Shown here: piece by piece, positions 34,579 to 45,211 of the stretch
Layout of the letters: each line of letters begins with the position of its first letter
Numbering within the stretch: the stretch's first letter is position 1
Origin: a virus
Lineage: Duplodnaviria; Caudoviricetes
Strand: one strand, 5' to 3'
Virus record (IMG/VR): IMGVR_UViG_3300037471_000178
Location: 1,212 to 65,211 of that record
DNA: 64,000 bases
Notes under the pieces: generated by a model
Seen by the model: the letters and a program-made list of their open reading frames with translations, nothing else
Told to the model about the DNA's origin: nothing
The model's database searches: none
Program-made: the position numbers and the translations under genes

Positions 34579-36570
34579 ATGGCTACTAACACACTCAACA
34601 TCGTAGCGACCGACGCGGGCAAGACCTTCCCGCTGCGCGGCGATATGGCCGTGACGCTGAACTTCGTTCCGGACAACCACTTCTGGGTCGTCTTCCGCAC
34701 TGAAGACGCCACGGTTTATACGGTGTCGTCTAACTCGGCGCTGATCGCCCGCATGGATGGCACCACCGGCAGCGCGTTCTCGCTCGGCGGCGCTCGTGGC
34801 ATGTTTGCCAAGTTCATGTTCGACACGAACAAGAACCTCTTCGTTGTGACCGACAACAACCTGATCGGTGGCACGGGCGGTGGCGGCACGGCTGGTCCTC
34901 CGGGCGCAGCAGCAACCATCACGGTTGGCACGGTTACGACCGGCGCTCCCGGCTCGTCGGTGCAGGTTACTAACTCCGGCACTGCGACGGACGCCGTGCT
35001 GAACTTCGCCATTCCGAAAGGAGCTGACGGTGCTTCTGGAATTCCTGCGGGCGGTACTGCTGGTCAGCTTCTCGCCAAAGCGTCTGCTACGGATCGTGAC
35101 GTTACTTGGATCGACGCTCCTGCTGGTACTGGCGGCAGTACTGGTGGCGGTCGTCGCGCAGAAGTGGTCCTCACTCCTGCTGCTGATGGATCGGTTACTC
35201 TCGACGGTGCTGTATCCGACACTTTCGCGGTTGTCCTGAACCAGCCCAAGGTCACGTTCAACAACCCGGTGAACTTCACCACCAAGGACGAGATTCACGT
35301 CACCATGCAGCAGGACGCAACAGGTGGCCGCGTCCTCGGCTATGGCCGCGCTTTCCTCCTGCCTAACGCGCAGCCGTACAAGCCTCCGCAGAACGCCAAC
35401 GCGATCTCGTTCGCCCGGATCAACCCGACGAACATTTCCGGCACCCTGCAGTACGTCTTCAAGGCTGATCCGGATTACACCGTGGTTCAGGGCTTCGGCG
35501 CGATCACCGAAATCGGTCGCATCGGTCTGAACAAGTACTTCACGATCAACGACACCTTCACCGCCCTGACCTCCGGCCAAACCGCGTACGTCATCCGTAA
35601 CGGTCTGTCGGCAGAAGCCACGGCAACCAAGATTGGCGGCAACCCGGCAGAAACCTACACCATCGCCGGTCAAGCGGTCCCTGCCAACGGCACTGACCAG
35701 CGCCCGATCCTGACCCTGCTGCAGACCGACTTCAGCGACGGCCCCCCGGCTGGCGCGAACCGTCCTGCATGGGGCAAGGCGATCCTTAACTTCGAGGGTA
35801 GCGGCACGTTCAACGTGCGCGACGTGATTGTTCAGGGCGCTCGCCACGACGAAGGCTCGGCTCGCGGTATCGCGCCGAACGGTGGCTGCTCGATGAACCT
35901 GAACAACGTGAAGGTGTACAACTGCAACAACGGTACGCTGTGGGGCAACGCCGACTTCACCGGCAACGTCAACATCACCGACTGCGTGTTCGACTTCAAC
36001 GGCATCGGCACCAACGGTGTTGGCGACGGCTTCTCGCACAATCTGTATGCGGGTAAGTCGCCGGGAACCCTGACGGTTCGCCGTTCCTCGTTCATCGCTT
36101 CCCAGAAGGGCCACGACTTCAAGACCCGTCAGGCCGTCACGAACATCTACAACACGCTGATCGAAGGCGCGTTTGAAGGCCGTGAACTGGAGCTGCCCGA
36201 AGGCGGTGTCCTGTACGTGGAGAACTGCATCATTCGCAAATACGCGAATGCCGCGCAGAACGACCTCGTGCGGATTGGCGACGAAGGCACGGATACCTCC
36301 CGCCCGCGTCAGTACACGTTCAAGAACGTGCGCTTTGAAAACCAGCGCGGTGCTGGCACGGACTGCACCTTCATCTGGAACCAAGACGATACGACCGACG
36401 TGGTGTGCATCGACTGCGAATTCGTCGGTGACGCAGCGCTGGCGAACAACGTCAACGCTGTCCAGGGTCGCCGGGGCCGCGTCGTTATTCAGAACACTGG
36501 CGGTCCGCTCGGACCCCGCGCAGGCGAACAGGTCGGTTATGTCGCTGTCGCCATGACCCCCGCAGCATAA
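34579..36570 (+). CDS. Tail fibre/spike with right-handed beta-helix (pectin-lyase-like) domain
   Basis: Fibre-type N-terminal motifs; beta-helix repeats NVKVYNCNNG, DGFSHNLY, KGHDFKTR. Confidence 0.72.
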   Translation: MATNTLNIVATDAGKTFPLRGDMAVTLNFVPDNHFWVVFRTEDATVYTVSSNSALIARMDGTTGSAFSLGGARGMFAKFMFDTNKNLFVVTDNNLIGGTGGGGTAGPPGAAATITVGTVTTGAPGSSVQVTNSGTATDAVLNFAIPKGADGASGIPAGGTAGQLLAKASATDRDVTWIDAPAGTGGSTGGGRRAEVVLTPAADGSVTLDGAVSDTFAVVLNQPKVTFNNPVNFTTKDEIHVTMQQDATGGRVLGYGRAFLLPNAQPYKPPQNANAISFARINPTNISGTLQYVFKADPDYTVVQGFGAITEIGRIGLNKYFTINDTFTALTSGQTAYVIRNGLSAEATATKIGGNPAETYTIAGQAVPANGTDQRPILTLLQTDFSDGPPAGANRPAWGKAILNFEGSGTFNVRDVIVQGARHDEGSARGIAPNGGCSMNLNNVKVYNCNNGTLWGNADFTGNVNITDCVFDFNGIGTNGVGDGFSHNLYAGKSPGTLTVRRSSFIASQKGHDFKTRQAVTNIYNTLIEGAFEGRELELPEGGVLYVENCIIRKYANAAQNDLVRIGDEGTDTSRPRQYTFKNVRFENQRGAGTDCTFIWNQDDTTDVVCIDCEFVGDAALANNVNAVQGRRGRVVIQNTGGPLGPRAGEQVGYVAVAMTPAA

Positions 36571-36579
36571 GGAAAAACC

Positions 36580-39279
36580 ATGAGCCTCACTTATTCCGCA
36601 GGACTCGCCCCGCTCGTCAACGCGGCCACCACCAAGAAGCAGGTGTCTGACGTTCTGAACGCGCAGCTCGGTACGAACCGCACCATCATCTGCAAGCGCG
36701 ACCCGGACGCCAACGCCAACGATCCGTGGGCCACCGGAACGATCTTCCGTCAGGTCGGCTCGACCGGCGCGATGAATACCGTGAGCGGCATCATCGTTGA
36801 CTTTGGCACCGTCAAGGGAACCGTCACTGCTACTGCCGCCGATATCTTCACTGGCAAGTGCGTACTGCGTATCCAGAGCAGCAGCGGCTCCATGTGGGTG
36901 CAAGGCTCCCTCGGCCCGAGCGCTGACGCGCAACGCGCCGCAGGCATCACCAACCCGAAGAAGTACGACTTTGAAGCGGACGGCAACTTCACCGCCAAGA
37001 ACGGCTTCGCGGTTCGCCCCGGCTTGGGGCTGTCCGGCGCTCGCTGGCTGCCGAGCGGCATCGGTCCGGCAGCTCCGGCGAAAACCGCTGGCATGCCGCA
37101 CAAGTTCATCCTGTGGGACTACACCAACGCCTCGGCTCCGGTTCAGGTCGGTTCCTGCTTCCTCGACAACCGCGTGGATGACTTCACGTACGAGCACAAG
37201 GACATGGCGGCGAATATCGGTGACGCAGCGTGGTATCAGACCACGACCGGCATCGTCTTCGGCAAGCACTGGTTCGCGCCGCACCTGTTTATCTCGGCAG
37301 CGTCGAACACCATCGACAATTCCGCTCCGCTGCTGGAAGTCGCTGTGACGGCTTCGTACAAGACCGACACCGGCTGGACCTCGTATCCGGAGTCCGATAC
37401 GTACACCAAGCGTACGGATATCGTGTTCCCGAAACCGTTCAAGATCGAGATTCAGGATCAGAACGGCGTTCAGCTCGGCATGATCCAGATGCAGGATGGT
37501 CTGCCGATCAATGACCCGAGCATGACTTCCGGCGTCGGCACCGGCTACCCCGGCTGGCAGGGCAAGCCGCTGCGCCCGAAGTTCAACATCGGCATGGTGC
37601 TGGCATGGCGCAACAAGCAGCCTGCATTCAACCCGTACGCCAAGCACATCTATCCGGGCCTGTATCCGGGCTACTCGGATCGTCCGACCGTGGCGAAGAC
37701 CTACTTCACCTACCTGTCGTGCGAACCGCTCATCACTGACGGCTACAGCAACAGCGGCTCGATCAACGGTATCGGCAGCTTTGAATGGGCTGCAAAGTGG
37801 CCGCAATATCTGGCAGCCGGTCAGGTGTATCAGGTTCAGGGCGCTACCGATCCGTACGCGAACTGGTTCGGCCTCCAGAACAGCCACTCGCCGTGGCTGG
37901 AAGGATGGGGCTACGAGCCGGGTGCGTTCGGCATGCACAACTGGTACACCGCGCCCGGTGGCCCGCGTCAGGATCGCGGCCCGATTCCGTCCATCATCGC
38001 CAAGTACATCAATGATCCAACCGGCAACCGTGTTCAGGAAAGCGTGCCTTGGCAGGACATGGCGACGAACTGGAACCTGAACTACCTGAACCGTAGCAAT
38101 CATCTGATGAGCGACCCGCGTACCCTCGCCGTGGATTCGCAGTTCAACATGATGTACAACTGGTCGCAGATGGGGTTCTACTACTCCAACGGCAGCGAAG
38201 GTGCGCAAGCCAAGCGCATCTGGTGGAACGGCGACCAGCGCGGCGGCACCGACCCGGTATTCCACTTCGACGTGGAAGGCAACAACATCTGGAATGCGTG
38301 GGCGCAGGACAACCTGCACGACTACGCAACTGCTGCGTGGGGCGCTATCAGCCAGAAGACGCCGATGCTGGCTGTTATGTCGAAGTTCGATTACTTCGTT
38401 AGCTGCATCAACCACGGCGGCTCGATGGGTTCGTATGGCGTCCGTGATTGGGCATGGCAAATGCTGCACACCACGCTGGCGTGGATCGTCGCTTCTCGCC
38501 ATCCGGCCTGCTTTAGCCAAGCGCACGTCGAGTCCCGCTTTACGTGGCAGATGGAAGAGTTGTACAACTCGCACTACGTCCCGACGTGGATCGAGAATAA
38601 CCAAGCACCATACTACGCTGGTATCCGCAACCTCGGCATGGCGATCACCGACAACGGCGGTCGCTGGATCATGGGCGGCGGTGGCCTCGGCTTCTACCTC
38701 GGTGGCGTACTGGTGTGGATGAAGCAGTCCGGCTTCTGGCAGATGGGTCTGAACAAAGGCGGTCACGTCAAGATCGTCATGGAACAGATGATCGCTGACT
38801 ATGATCGGTACTGCTTCGGGTTCATGGTTACGGCCAAGGGCGTGTTGTGGCACCCGAACGATGGTTACGTGACATGGCCAAACAATATGTCCTTCCCGGC
38901 TTCCGGCACCTATGTTCCGAACAACTGGCAAGACCTGTGGAACGGTCGCGTAGCGATTGCGTCCCCGGACTGGCCTGTGGATCAGGGGCAGGCTACGCTG
39001 TTCCGCAACACGGACGGTACGCTGCGCGGTGACTACGATGTAGCCCAATGGCCGATGGTTACTTACGTGTTGATGCGCCGTGACTTCTTCCCCGAGTATG
39101 ACCACCCGCTGAAGCAGCAGGCTATTGACTTTGTGGTTAGTGGTATGGACGCAAAGAAAGCACTGGTACAATCGTGGATAGCCAGCGGCGGTGTGAACAC
39201 CGGCCCGAACCCGGACTACATTTACTGCTACCCCGGTGTGGCCCCCATCAAGGCTCCCGATGTTGTCGGCCCGCTCTGA
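36580..39279 (+). CDS. Large tail-associated protein (899 aa), W/Y/G-rich C-terminal domain
   Basis: AAGGA RBS in tail operon; aromatic-rich helical C-half; function unassigned. Confidence 0.6.
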   Translation: MSLTYSAGLAPLVNAATTKKQVSDVLNAQLGTNRTIICKRDPDANANDPWATGTIFRQVGSTGAMNTVSGIIVDFGTVKGTVTATAADIFTGKCVLRIQSSSGSMWVQGSLGPSADAQRAAGITNPKKYDFEADGNFTAKNGFAVRPGLGLSGARWLPSGIGPAAPAKTAGMPHKFILWDYTNASAPVQVGSCFLDNRVDDFTYEHKDMAANIGDAAWYQTTTGIVFGKHWFAPHLFISAASNTIDNSAPLLEVAVTASYKTDTGWTSYPESDTYTKRTDIVFPKPFKIEIQDQNGVQLGMIQMQDGLPINDPSMTSGVGTGYPGWQGKPLRPKFNIGMVLAWRNKQPAFNPYAKHIYPGLYPGYSDRPTVAKTYFTYLSCEPLITDGYSNSGSINGIGSFEWAAKWPQYLAAGQVYQVQGATDPYANWFGLQNSHSPWLEGWGYEPGAFGMHNWYTAPGGPRQDRGPIPSIIAKYINDPTGNRVQESVPWQDMATNWNLNYLNRSNHLMSDPRTLAVDSQFNMMYNWSQMGFYYSNGSEGAQAKRIWWNGDQRGGTDPVFHFDVEGNNIWNAWAQDNLHDYATAAWGAISQKTPMLAVMSKFDYFVSCINHGGSMGSYGVRDWAWQMLHTTLAWIVASRHPACFSQAHVESRFTWQMEELYNSHYVPTWIENNQAPYYAGIRNLGMAITDNGGRWIMGGGGLGFYLGGVLVWMKQSGFWQMGLNKGGHVKIVMEQMIADYDRYCFGFMVTAKGVLWHPNDGYVTWPNNMSFPASGTYVPNNWQDLWNGRVAIASPDWPVDQGQATLFRNTDGTLRGDYDVAQWPMVTYVLMRRDFFPEYDHPLKQQAIDFVVSGMDAKKALVQSWIASGGVNTGPNPDYIYCYPGVAPIKAPDVVGPL

Positions 39280-39292
39280 GTAAGGAAATCAG

Positions 39293-42200
39293 ATGACTAC
39301 CATTAACACCAGCAATGCTCTCGGTGCAAAGGTCAAGTTTCACTGGCCGCTGAACGGGACCGAAGGGGAAATCAAAACCGGAACCGCCCTCGTTATGGGG
39401 ACGGGCGGTTCCTTTGCGACTGACCCGACCTACGGCCCGTACCTGAAGGGCGACTTGGTTAATCCGGTTGCCCATCAGGACAACATCGACCTGACTGCGC
39501 AGACCGGGTTCACCATTGCATTCCGTGCGTATTGCACCGGCCCCACCGATAACTCCGATGGCTTCCTCTGGGAGCTTGGCGAGCCGTGGGACACGGTGCC
39601 CGGTGGTTGCGGCTTCGCCCTCCAAGCGGGCGGCGGCGACATGACGGTGGTGATCAACAGCAATCAGAGCGGCGGCACTTACAAGGCGTTCACCCGCGTC
39701 AACCTCGGCTGGCACTACTTCATCATCGACATTCGGAACGGTAACGGCGGTAGCTGGACAACCGTTCAGGTGGATGGGCAGACGCCGACCGTCACGTTCG
39801 ACCCGCAGGGTTTCAGCACCGGCAATCGCGGCAACAACACGATGTACTTCTTGGGTCGTAACACCACGAAGCTCGCCGCGAACCGCCTGCAGAAAGTCAC
39901 CATCTTCAACAGCGTTCTGTCGCAGGCTGAGAAGGATTCGCTGCTGGCGAACCCGGATCAGATCGTCAACGCTGCTGCGGACACGATCCCCCCGACGATT
40001 GCCTCGGCACAGACGAACGCGACTGGCGACGTGATCCAGATTACGTTCTCCGAAACGCTGGCGCACGTCACGCCGGACTCGTCTGCCTTCACCGTCAGCG
40101 GCGGTCACGCCATCGGCGGTATCGACATTGGCACGGACGGCCCGAACAAGGGCGCGATCTACGGTCTGTCCCCGGTGATTGCTCCGGGCGAAACCGTCAC
40201 CTTCAGCTACGTCCAGCCTGCGACCAATCAGATTCAGGACGCTGCCGCGAATATGATGGTGTCGGTGGCTAACGTCGCCGTTACCAACACCGTTCCAATT
40301 CCGGGCGACACCACCCCGCCAGCGATCCAGTCGGCGGTCCTGATGGTGGACCCGGCCAACAGCACCAAGCAGATCATTCGCCTGACGTTCACCGAAGCGA
40401 TGGACGCAGCGAAGTATCCGGAAGCGATTGGCGCTACGGCGGCATCGGCATGGTCGGTATCCGGCAACGCCGCTGTGTCCGTCACTGCCACGACCCGCAC
40501 TTCGCTCGGTGCCAATCCGGGTGTGCTGGACATTAACCTGAACGGCACGTTCGTATCGACCGACAATGTTCGCCTGACCTACACGCCGAACGCGAACGCT
40601 ACCGGCAAGTACAGCGACCTGTCCGGCAACCCGCTAGCTGCGGTATCGAACTTTGTCGTGACGAACTCGATCAGCGGTGCGCTGACCTACACCGCCGACA
40701 CCACCACGAACTTCCCGAACCCGGAGCGCGGCTTCTACATGGAGCTGCTCCACGGCGGTAACTTCACCGCAGCGAACTTCAACACCTACAAGGCGCAGGG
40801 TGTGTCGCTGGTGAAGTACATGGTGTACCTCGGCTCCTACGTCACGACGGCGCTGGACAGCACCTTCCTGACCGCGTTCCAGAACAACCTGAACGCTATC
40901 CGCACCAACGGCCTGAAGGTCGTGCTGCGGTTCGCCTTTTCCAGCACTGCGGCAACCGATGCGACTGAATCCCGCATCATGAGCCACATGGATCAACTGG
41001 CTCCGTACTTCACCAGCAACGCCGATATCATCATCGGCCTGCAAGCTGGCTGGATCGGCCAGTGGGGTGAGTTCCAAGGTTCCAACAACTTCGGCGCGGA
41101 CGCATGGCCGACTTCGCTCTCGCAGGCGAACAAGGATGCCCGTAAGCGCGTCATCGACAAGTGCTTGGCTGTCATGCCTGACAACAAGCCGGTCATGCTG
41201 CGCCAGCCGTGGTACAAGCTGCAGATGTACAGCTCCACCCCGGTCGGAGCCTCTAATGCATACGACGGCTCTGCCCTGTCCCGCCTCGGCCACTTCAACG
41301 ATTCGTTCCTGACCTCCAGCAACGACGGCGGTACGTACTACCAGCAGACCACCGAACAGACCTACATGGACACCGATACCCAATGGGTTCCGGTGGGCGG
41401 CGAAACCAACGGCGGCTCTGCCCCGCGCAACGCCGGTCCTTCGGCGCTGGCGGAAATGGCCCGCTTCCACTGGTCGTACCTCAACATCGGCTACGACACC
41501 ACCGTTCTGAATACGTGGAAGGACGGTCAGGACAGCTACGGTCAGGCACAGCGCAAGCTCGGCTACCGTCTGCGCCTCGTGTCGGCGCAACTGCCAAACG
41601 TGTTCACTCCCGGTGGCACGGTCGGCGTCAAGTTCGTCATCAACAACGACGGCTTTGCTGCCCCGTTCCTGCCCCGCAAGATCAAGCTGATCCTGCGTAG
41701 CGGCACCACGGTTCGCTCGATTGACATGACTTCCGACTGGCGCAAGTTCCTGCCGGGTCAGACCGTCATTCAGGAAACGCTGACTCTGCCTGCTGATCTG
41801 GCTCCGGGTACGTACAACGTCGCCCTGCACCTGCCGGACAACTACGCTTCGCTGGCAAACAACCCGACCTTCGCCGTTCGCTTTGCGAACACGAACATGT
41901 GGGAAGCCACCACCGGCTACAACCTGCTCGGCACTTCTGTCACCGTGCCGAACGCGCAGGCCAACGGCCACCGCTTCTACATGCTGCGGGTGCTGGCGAC
42001 CAACGGCAGCTTCAACAACCAAGTCGCTTTCGGTGAAATCGAGCTTCGCGCTACTCCGGGCGGTGCAGACCTGACGACTCCGACGACCAAGGTAACGGTC
42101 AGCTCGGCCAGCCCGCAGTACAACGAGATCGCAGCGAACATTCTGGACAATAACAATCAGTCCACGTATTCGTCTGACTCCAGCAAGCCCGCGCCGCACA

Positions 42201-44605
42201 CCATCATCTTCGACCTCGGCTCTCCCAAGGTTGTGCAGCAGCTCGCCATCCTGCCGCAGCAGTACACCGACACCAACATGGTTCTCGGTCGTACGATGCG
42301 CGACTTCGATTGGCTGTCTGCCGAGGATGACGGTACGGGCAATCCGGCTGGATTCGCGCTTCAACGCTCGTATCGGGGTAAGCCAGCTTCGGACTGGAAC
42401 CTTACACAACTGAACCTGCTGGACGTAACGCCGCAGGCCGCGACCAAGATCAGCATGACCGGCCCCGCTTCCGGTCCGCTCGGGGACTCCTCGTACGTGT
42501 TCACCATGACCATCGACGGCACGGTGCCGAACGATGTGGTGGTGACGCCGCCGACTATCTCCGGCCTGACCTTCGACCCGCCGAGCATCATCATCAGCAA
42601 GTCCACCGGCCAAGGGCAGTTCACCATTCACGGTGATTCGCTCGGCTCGTACACGCTGACTGGCTTCACCAACAACGCTGGTCTGACCAACCCGGCTTCG
42701 CAGTCGTTCTCGGTTGTTACTTCGGTGGTGAAGCACATCGGCGCTGGTCAGGAGTTCGCGGACCTCAACGCCTTCGCTGGCTGGCTGTGGAACCAAACCC
42801 CAGTCGATGGTCGTTACATGATCTTCGGCAAGCTTCATGATGCGTCCTTCTCCGGCGCAGGTGTCAGCCTCACGCTGCAGCAATCGTCGTCGCAGTATTA
42901 CTGCGAAATCGGTCCCGCCGATGGCATGTCGATTGCCTCGCCGCTGCGTTGGGGTTCCAACCCGGTGACGATCACCCTCGGCACTGCTGACTACCTCAAC
43001 CTCAACCTTGGTGTGCGGTTCGTCAACGTCCAGTTCGACATTACCGGCGCAGGTATCGCCACGTCGTCCGGTCTGGGCTGGGCCTATAACAACACCATGA
43101 AAGTGCCTGAACTGGCGCACTGCGTTATCCGGGCGAACACGGCCAACAACCCGCTACGTCTGGGCATCTATGCAGTGGCAACTGCCATGGACAACTGCCT
43201 GTTCATCCAGACCGGATCGAACGACCGCAGCATCGGCCAGATCGACGGCTGGCTGGACATGCGCAACTGCGGCTTCGTGCGCTACGGCACCTACGGTCAA
43301 CCGCTGTTCCTGAATACCGGCGCACTGGCGCTGACGAACTCGTGGGGCTGGAACGTCATGGCGGCTGGCAGGCTGTCGTCGGATACGGGCAACTGGCGCG
43401 AGTTCAAAGGCAACGTCTTCAACCAAGACGTTGTTACCGGCTCCGTCATGGACAACTCGCAGCCGCCAACCATCGGCTGCATCACGGCGAACAACTTCCT
43501 CGTTGATCCGTCCTCCGCGACCGGCGACTTCACTCCGGCCTCCGGTGGCGCACTGGTCGGCCATGCAACCCGTATCGCCAATGCCACGCTGGACTTCTTC
43601 GGCAACAACCACGGCCTCACGCCTGACGTTGGCCCGGTACAGCGCACTCCGGCTCCCACGCTGGCGGTGGCGCAGGTGACGACCCAAACGCTGGACGGTG
43701 CATCGTTGACTGTCGCTGGCTCGGTGACTGGCACGGTGGACTCGGCAACGATCACGATTGTTCCGACCGATACCCGCTACATCAACCACTCCATCGGCCC
43801 GCTGGCTGTTCCGGTTGTCGCTGGCGCGTTCACCATCACCATCGACAACATCGTGCCGGGTTCGTACGCCGCGCCTAGCCTGCTGTTCACCAACGGTGGC
43901 GGTACTTCCGCAGCCAAGGGAACCGCGCCTTTCGAGCTGATGGGCGTGTCCGGTACGGCGATGGACTCTGGCACGATCACGCCAGCTACCTCGGTTGTGT
44001 ACAGCACCACCGCGCCGACCACTGGCACGGCAGGCTCGTCCACAGCAGCGTTCAGCGTGAGCCTCGACGGTGCCAAGTCCGGCATCGTGACGCTGGCACT
44101 GAGCGATAACGGCAAGGGTGGCGTGTTCAGCCCGCAGGCTCCGACCATCGTGAATGGCGCACCCGCGAGCTTCACCTACACCCCGTCCGTGGCTGGCTCC
44201 ATCACCATCAGCATCACCAACGATGCCGGTCTGACCAACCCGGCTCCGGTTGTGATGACGATTGCTCCGGCTGTCCTGCCTGCTCCGACGGTGGCTGTCA
44301 CCACGGGCGACACGGCCATCATGCGCGGCGCTCGCGCCACGCTGTCCGGCACGACCAATCTGCAAGGCGATGCAACGGGTACGGTGAGCCTGTACATCGA
44401 GTCTCAGCTTGACAGCACGGTACAGGGTCCGCTCGGCACCGTGAACGTAAGCGGCGGCACTTGGACCGTCCAGTACCAACCCATCCCGGTTGGTATCTGG
44501 AAGTTCCGGGTTGACGCCACGGCCAACGGGCAGACCGCGCAAGCCCGCACCGGAATCATCCGGGTACTCGGTCTGACCGGCTCACCGGCTCTGCCGACAC
44601 CATGA
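39293..44605 (+). CDS. Giant multidomain adhesin/glycanase-like virion protein (1770 aa)
   Basis: LamG-like N-terminus, two SwmB-like DT.PP.I.SA repeats, DUF4874/DUF4832-like (NPERGF, RLGHFNDSFL, GGET, LGYRL), discoidin-like and Ig-like modules. Confidence 0.75.
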   Translation: MTTINTSNALGAKVKFHWPLNGTEGEIKTGTALVMGTGGSFATDPTYGPYLKGDLVNPVAHQDNIDLTAQTGFTIAFRAYCTGPTDNSDGFLWELGEPWDTVPGGCGFALQAGGGDMTVVINSNQSGGTYKAFTRVNLGWHYFIIDIRNGNGGSWTTVQVDGQTPTVTFDPQGFSTGNRGNNTMYFLGRNTTKLAANRLQKVTIFNSVLSQAEKDSLLANPDQIVNAAADTIPPTIASAQTNATGDVIQITFSETLAHVTPDSSAFTVSGGHAIGGIDIGTDGPNKGAIYGLSPVIAPGETVTFSYVQPATNQIQDAAANMMVSVANVAVTNTVPIPGDTTPPAIQSAVLMVDPANSTKQIIRLTFTEAMDAAKYPEAIGATAASAWSVSGNAAVSVTATTRTSLGANPGVLDINLNGTFVSTDNVRLTYTPNANATGKYSDLSGNPLAAVSNFVVTNSISGALTYTADTTTNFPNPERGFYMELLHGGNFTAANFNTYKAQGVSLVKYMVYLGSYVTTALDSTFLTAFQNNLNAIRTNGLKVVLRFAFSSTAATDATESRIMSHMDQLAPYFTSNADIIIGLQAGWIGQWGEFQGSNNFGADAWPTSLSQANKDARKRVIDKCLAVMPDNKPVMLRQPWYKLQMYSSTPVGASNAYDGSALSRLGHFNDSFLTSSNDGGTYYQQTTEQTYMDTDTQWVPVGGETNGGSAPRNAGPSALAEMARFHWSYLNIGYDTTVLNTWKDGQDSYGQAQRKLGYRLRLVSAQLPNVFTPGGTVGVKFVINNDGFAAPFLPRKIKLILRSGTTVRSIDMTSDWRKFLPGQTVIQETLTLPADLAPGTYNVALHLPDNYASLANNPTFAVRFANTNMWEATTGYNLLGTSVTVPNAQANGHRFYMLRVLATNGSFNNQVAFGEIELRATPGGADLTTPTTKVTVSSASPQYNEIAANILDNNNQSTYSSDSSKPAPHTIIFDLGSPKVVQQLAILPQQYTDTNMVLGRTMRDFDWLSAEDDGTGNPAGFALQRSYRGKPASDWNLTQLNLLDVTPQAATKISMTGPASGPLGDSSYVFTMTIDGTVPNDVVVTPPTISGLTFDPPSIIISKSTGQGQFTIHGDSLGSYTLTGFTNNAGLTNPASQSFSVVTSVVKHIGAGQEFADLNAFAGWLWNQTPVDGRYMIFGKLHDASFSGAGVSLTLQQSSSQYYCEIGPADGMSIASPLRWGSNPVTITLGTADYLNLNLGVRFVNVQFDITGAGIATSSGLGWAYNNTMKVPELAHCVIRANTANNPLRLGIYAVATAMDNCLFIQTGSNDRSIGQIDGWLDMRNCGFVRYGTYGQPLFLNTGALALTNSWGWNVMAAGRLSSDTGNWREFKGNVFNQDVVTGSVMDNSQPPTIGCITANNFLVDPSSATGDFTPASGGALVGHATRIANATLDFFGNNHGLTPDVGPVQRTPAPTLAVAQVTTQTLDGASLTVAGSVTGTVDSATITIVPTDTRYINHSIGPLAVPVVAGAFTITIDNIVPGSYAAPSLLFTNGGGTSAAKGTAPFELMGVSGTAMDSGTITPATSVVYSTTAPTTGTAGSSTAAFSVSLDGAKSGIVTLALSDNGKGGVFSPQAPTIVNGAPASFTYTPSVAGSITISITNDAGLTNPAPVVMTIAPAVLPAPTVAVTTGDTAIMRGARATLSGTTNLQGDATGTVSLYIESQLDSTVQGPLGTVNVSGGTWTVQYQPIPVGIWKFRVDATANGQTAQARTGIIRVLGLTGSPALPTP

Positions 44606-44811
44606 AAGGAAGCACCGTGATCGACCACGCCAAAGCTGTAGGGGATACGGCATCCCTTGCAGCGACGGTGGGGGTTTTGTTCGGGTGGCTGCCCTACGCA
44701 GCCGCCCTTGCTTCCCTCATCTGGACTTGCATTCGTATCTACGAAACCCGCACCGTACAGCGGTGGTTGTACGGCGAGTCTCCCTTGCGCCCCTACGAAG
44801 ATGAATCGTGA
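44602..44811 (+). CDS. Holin
   Basis: 69 aa, two TM segments, directly upstream of endolysin. Confidence 0.75.
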   Translation: MKGSTVIDHAKAVGDTASLAATVGVLFGWLPYAAALASLIWTCIRIYETRTVQRWLYGESPLRPYEDES

Positions 44812-45211
44812 ACGACTGAAAGCGCAGCTTCGCACCGACGAAGGCGTTCGCTACAAGCCGTACAAGGATACGGTGGGCAAGACAACCATCGGCGTCGGGA
44901 GAAATCTTGACGACCGGGGGCTGTCGCCGGATGAGGTCAACTTCCTGCTGGAAGGCGATATCAACCTGTGCGTCCTCGACCTTGACCGCGAGCTGCCGTG
45001 GTGGAAGCAGATGAGCGACGCTCGTCAGGAAGTGCTGCTGAATATGTGCTTCAACCTTGGCATCGACAGATTGCTCGGGTTCCAGAATACGCTCGCTTTT
45101 ATGGAAGCTGGTCGCTATGACGCTGCGGCTGGCGGCATGCTCCAGTCGAAGTGGGCCAATCAGGTTGGCGCTCGCGCACAGCGCCTAGCCAAGATGATGC
45201 GGGAGGGATGA
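44801..45211 (+). CDS. Endolysin (GH24 lysozyme)
   Basis: DEGVRYKPYKDTVGKTTIGVGRNL (E-X8-D-X5-T); start reassigned to MNRERL. Confidence 0.92.
   Translation: MNRERLKAQLRTDEGVRYKPYKDTVGKTTIGVGRNLDDRGLSPDEVNFLLEGDINLCVLDLDRELPWWKQMSDARQEVLLNMCFNLGIDRLLGFQNTLAFMEAGRYDAAAGGMLQSKWANQVGARAQRLAKMMREG

Noticed and set aside
33652-39171. 1839 aa antisense ORF, and similar long antisense ORFs at 40634-43120, 51352-52629, 52806-54605 and 13291-14526
   Set aside because: Shadow ORFs from strong codon bias in the opposite-strand genes; no RBS or recognisable motifs.
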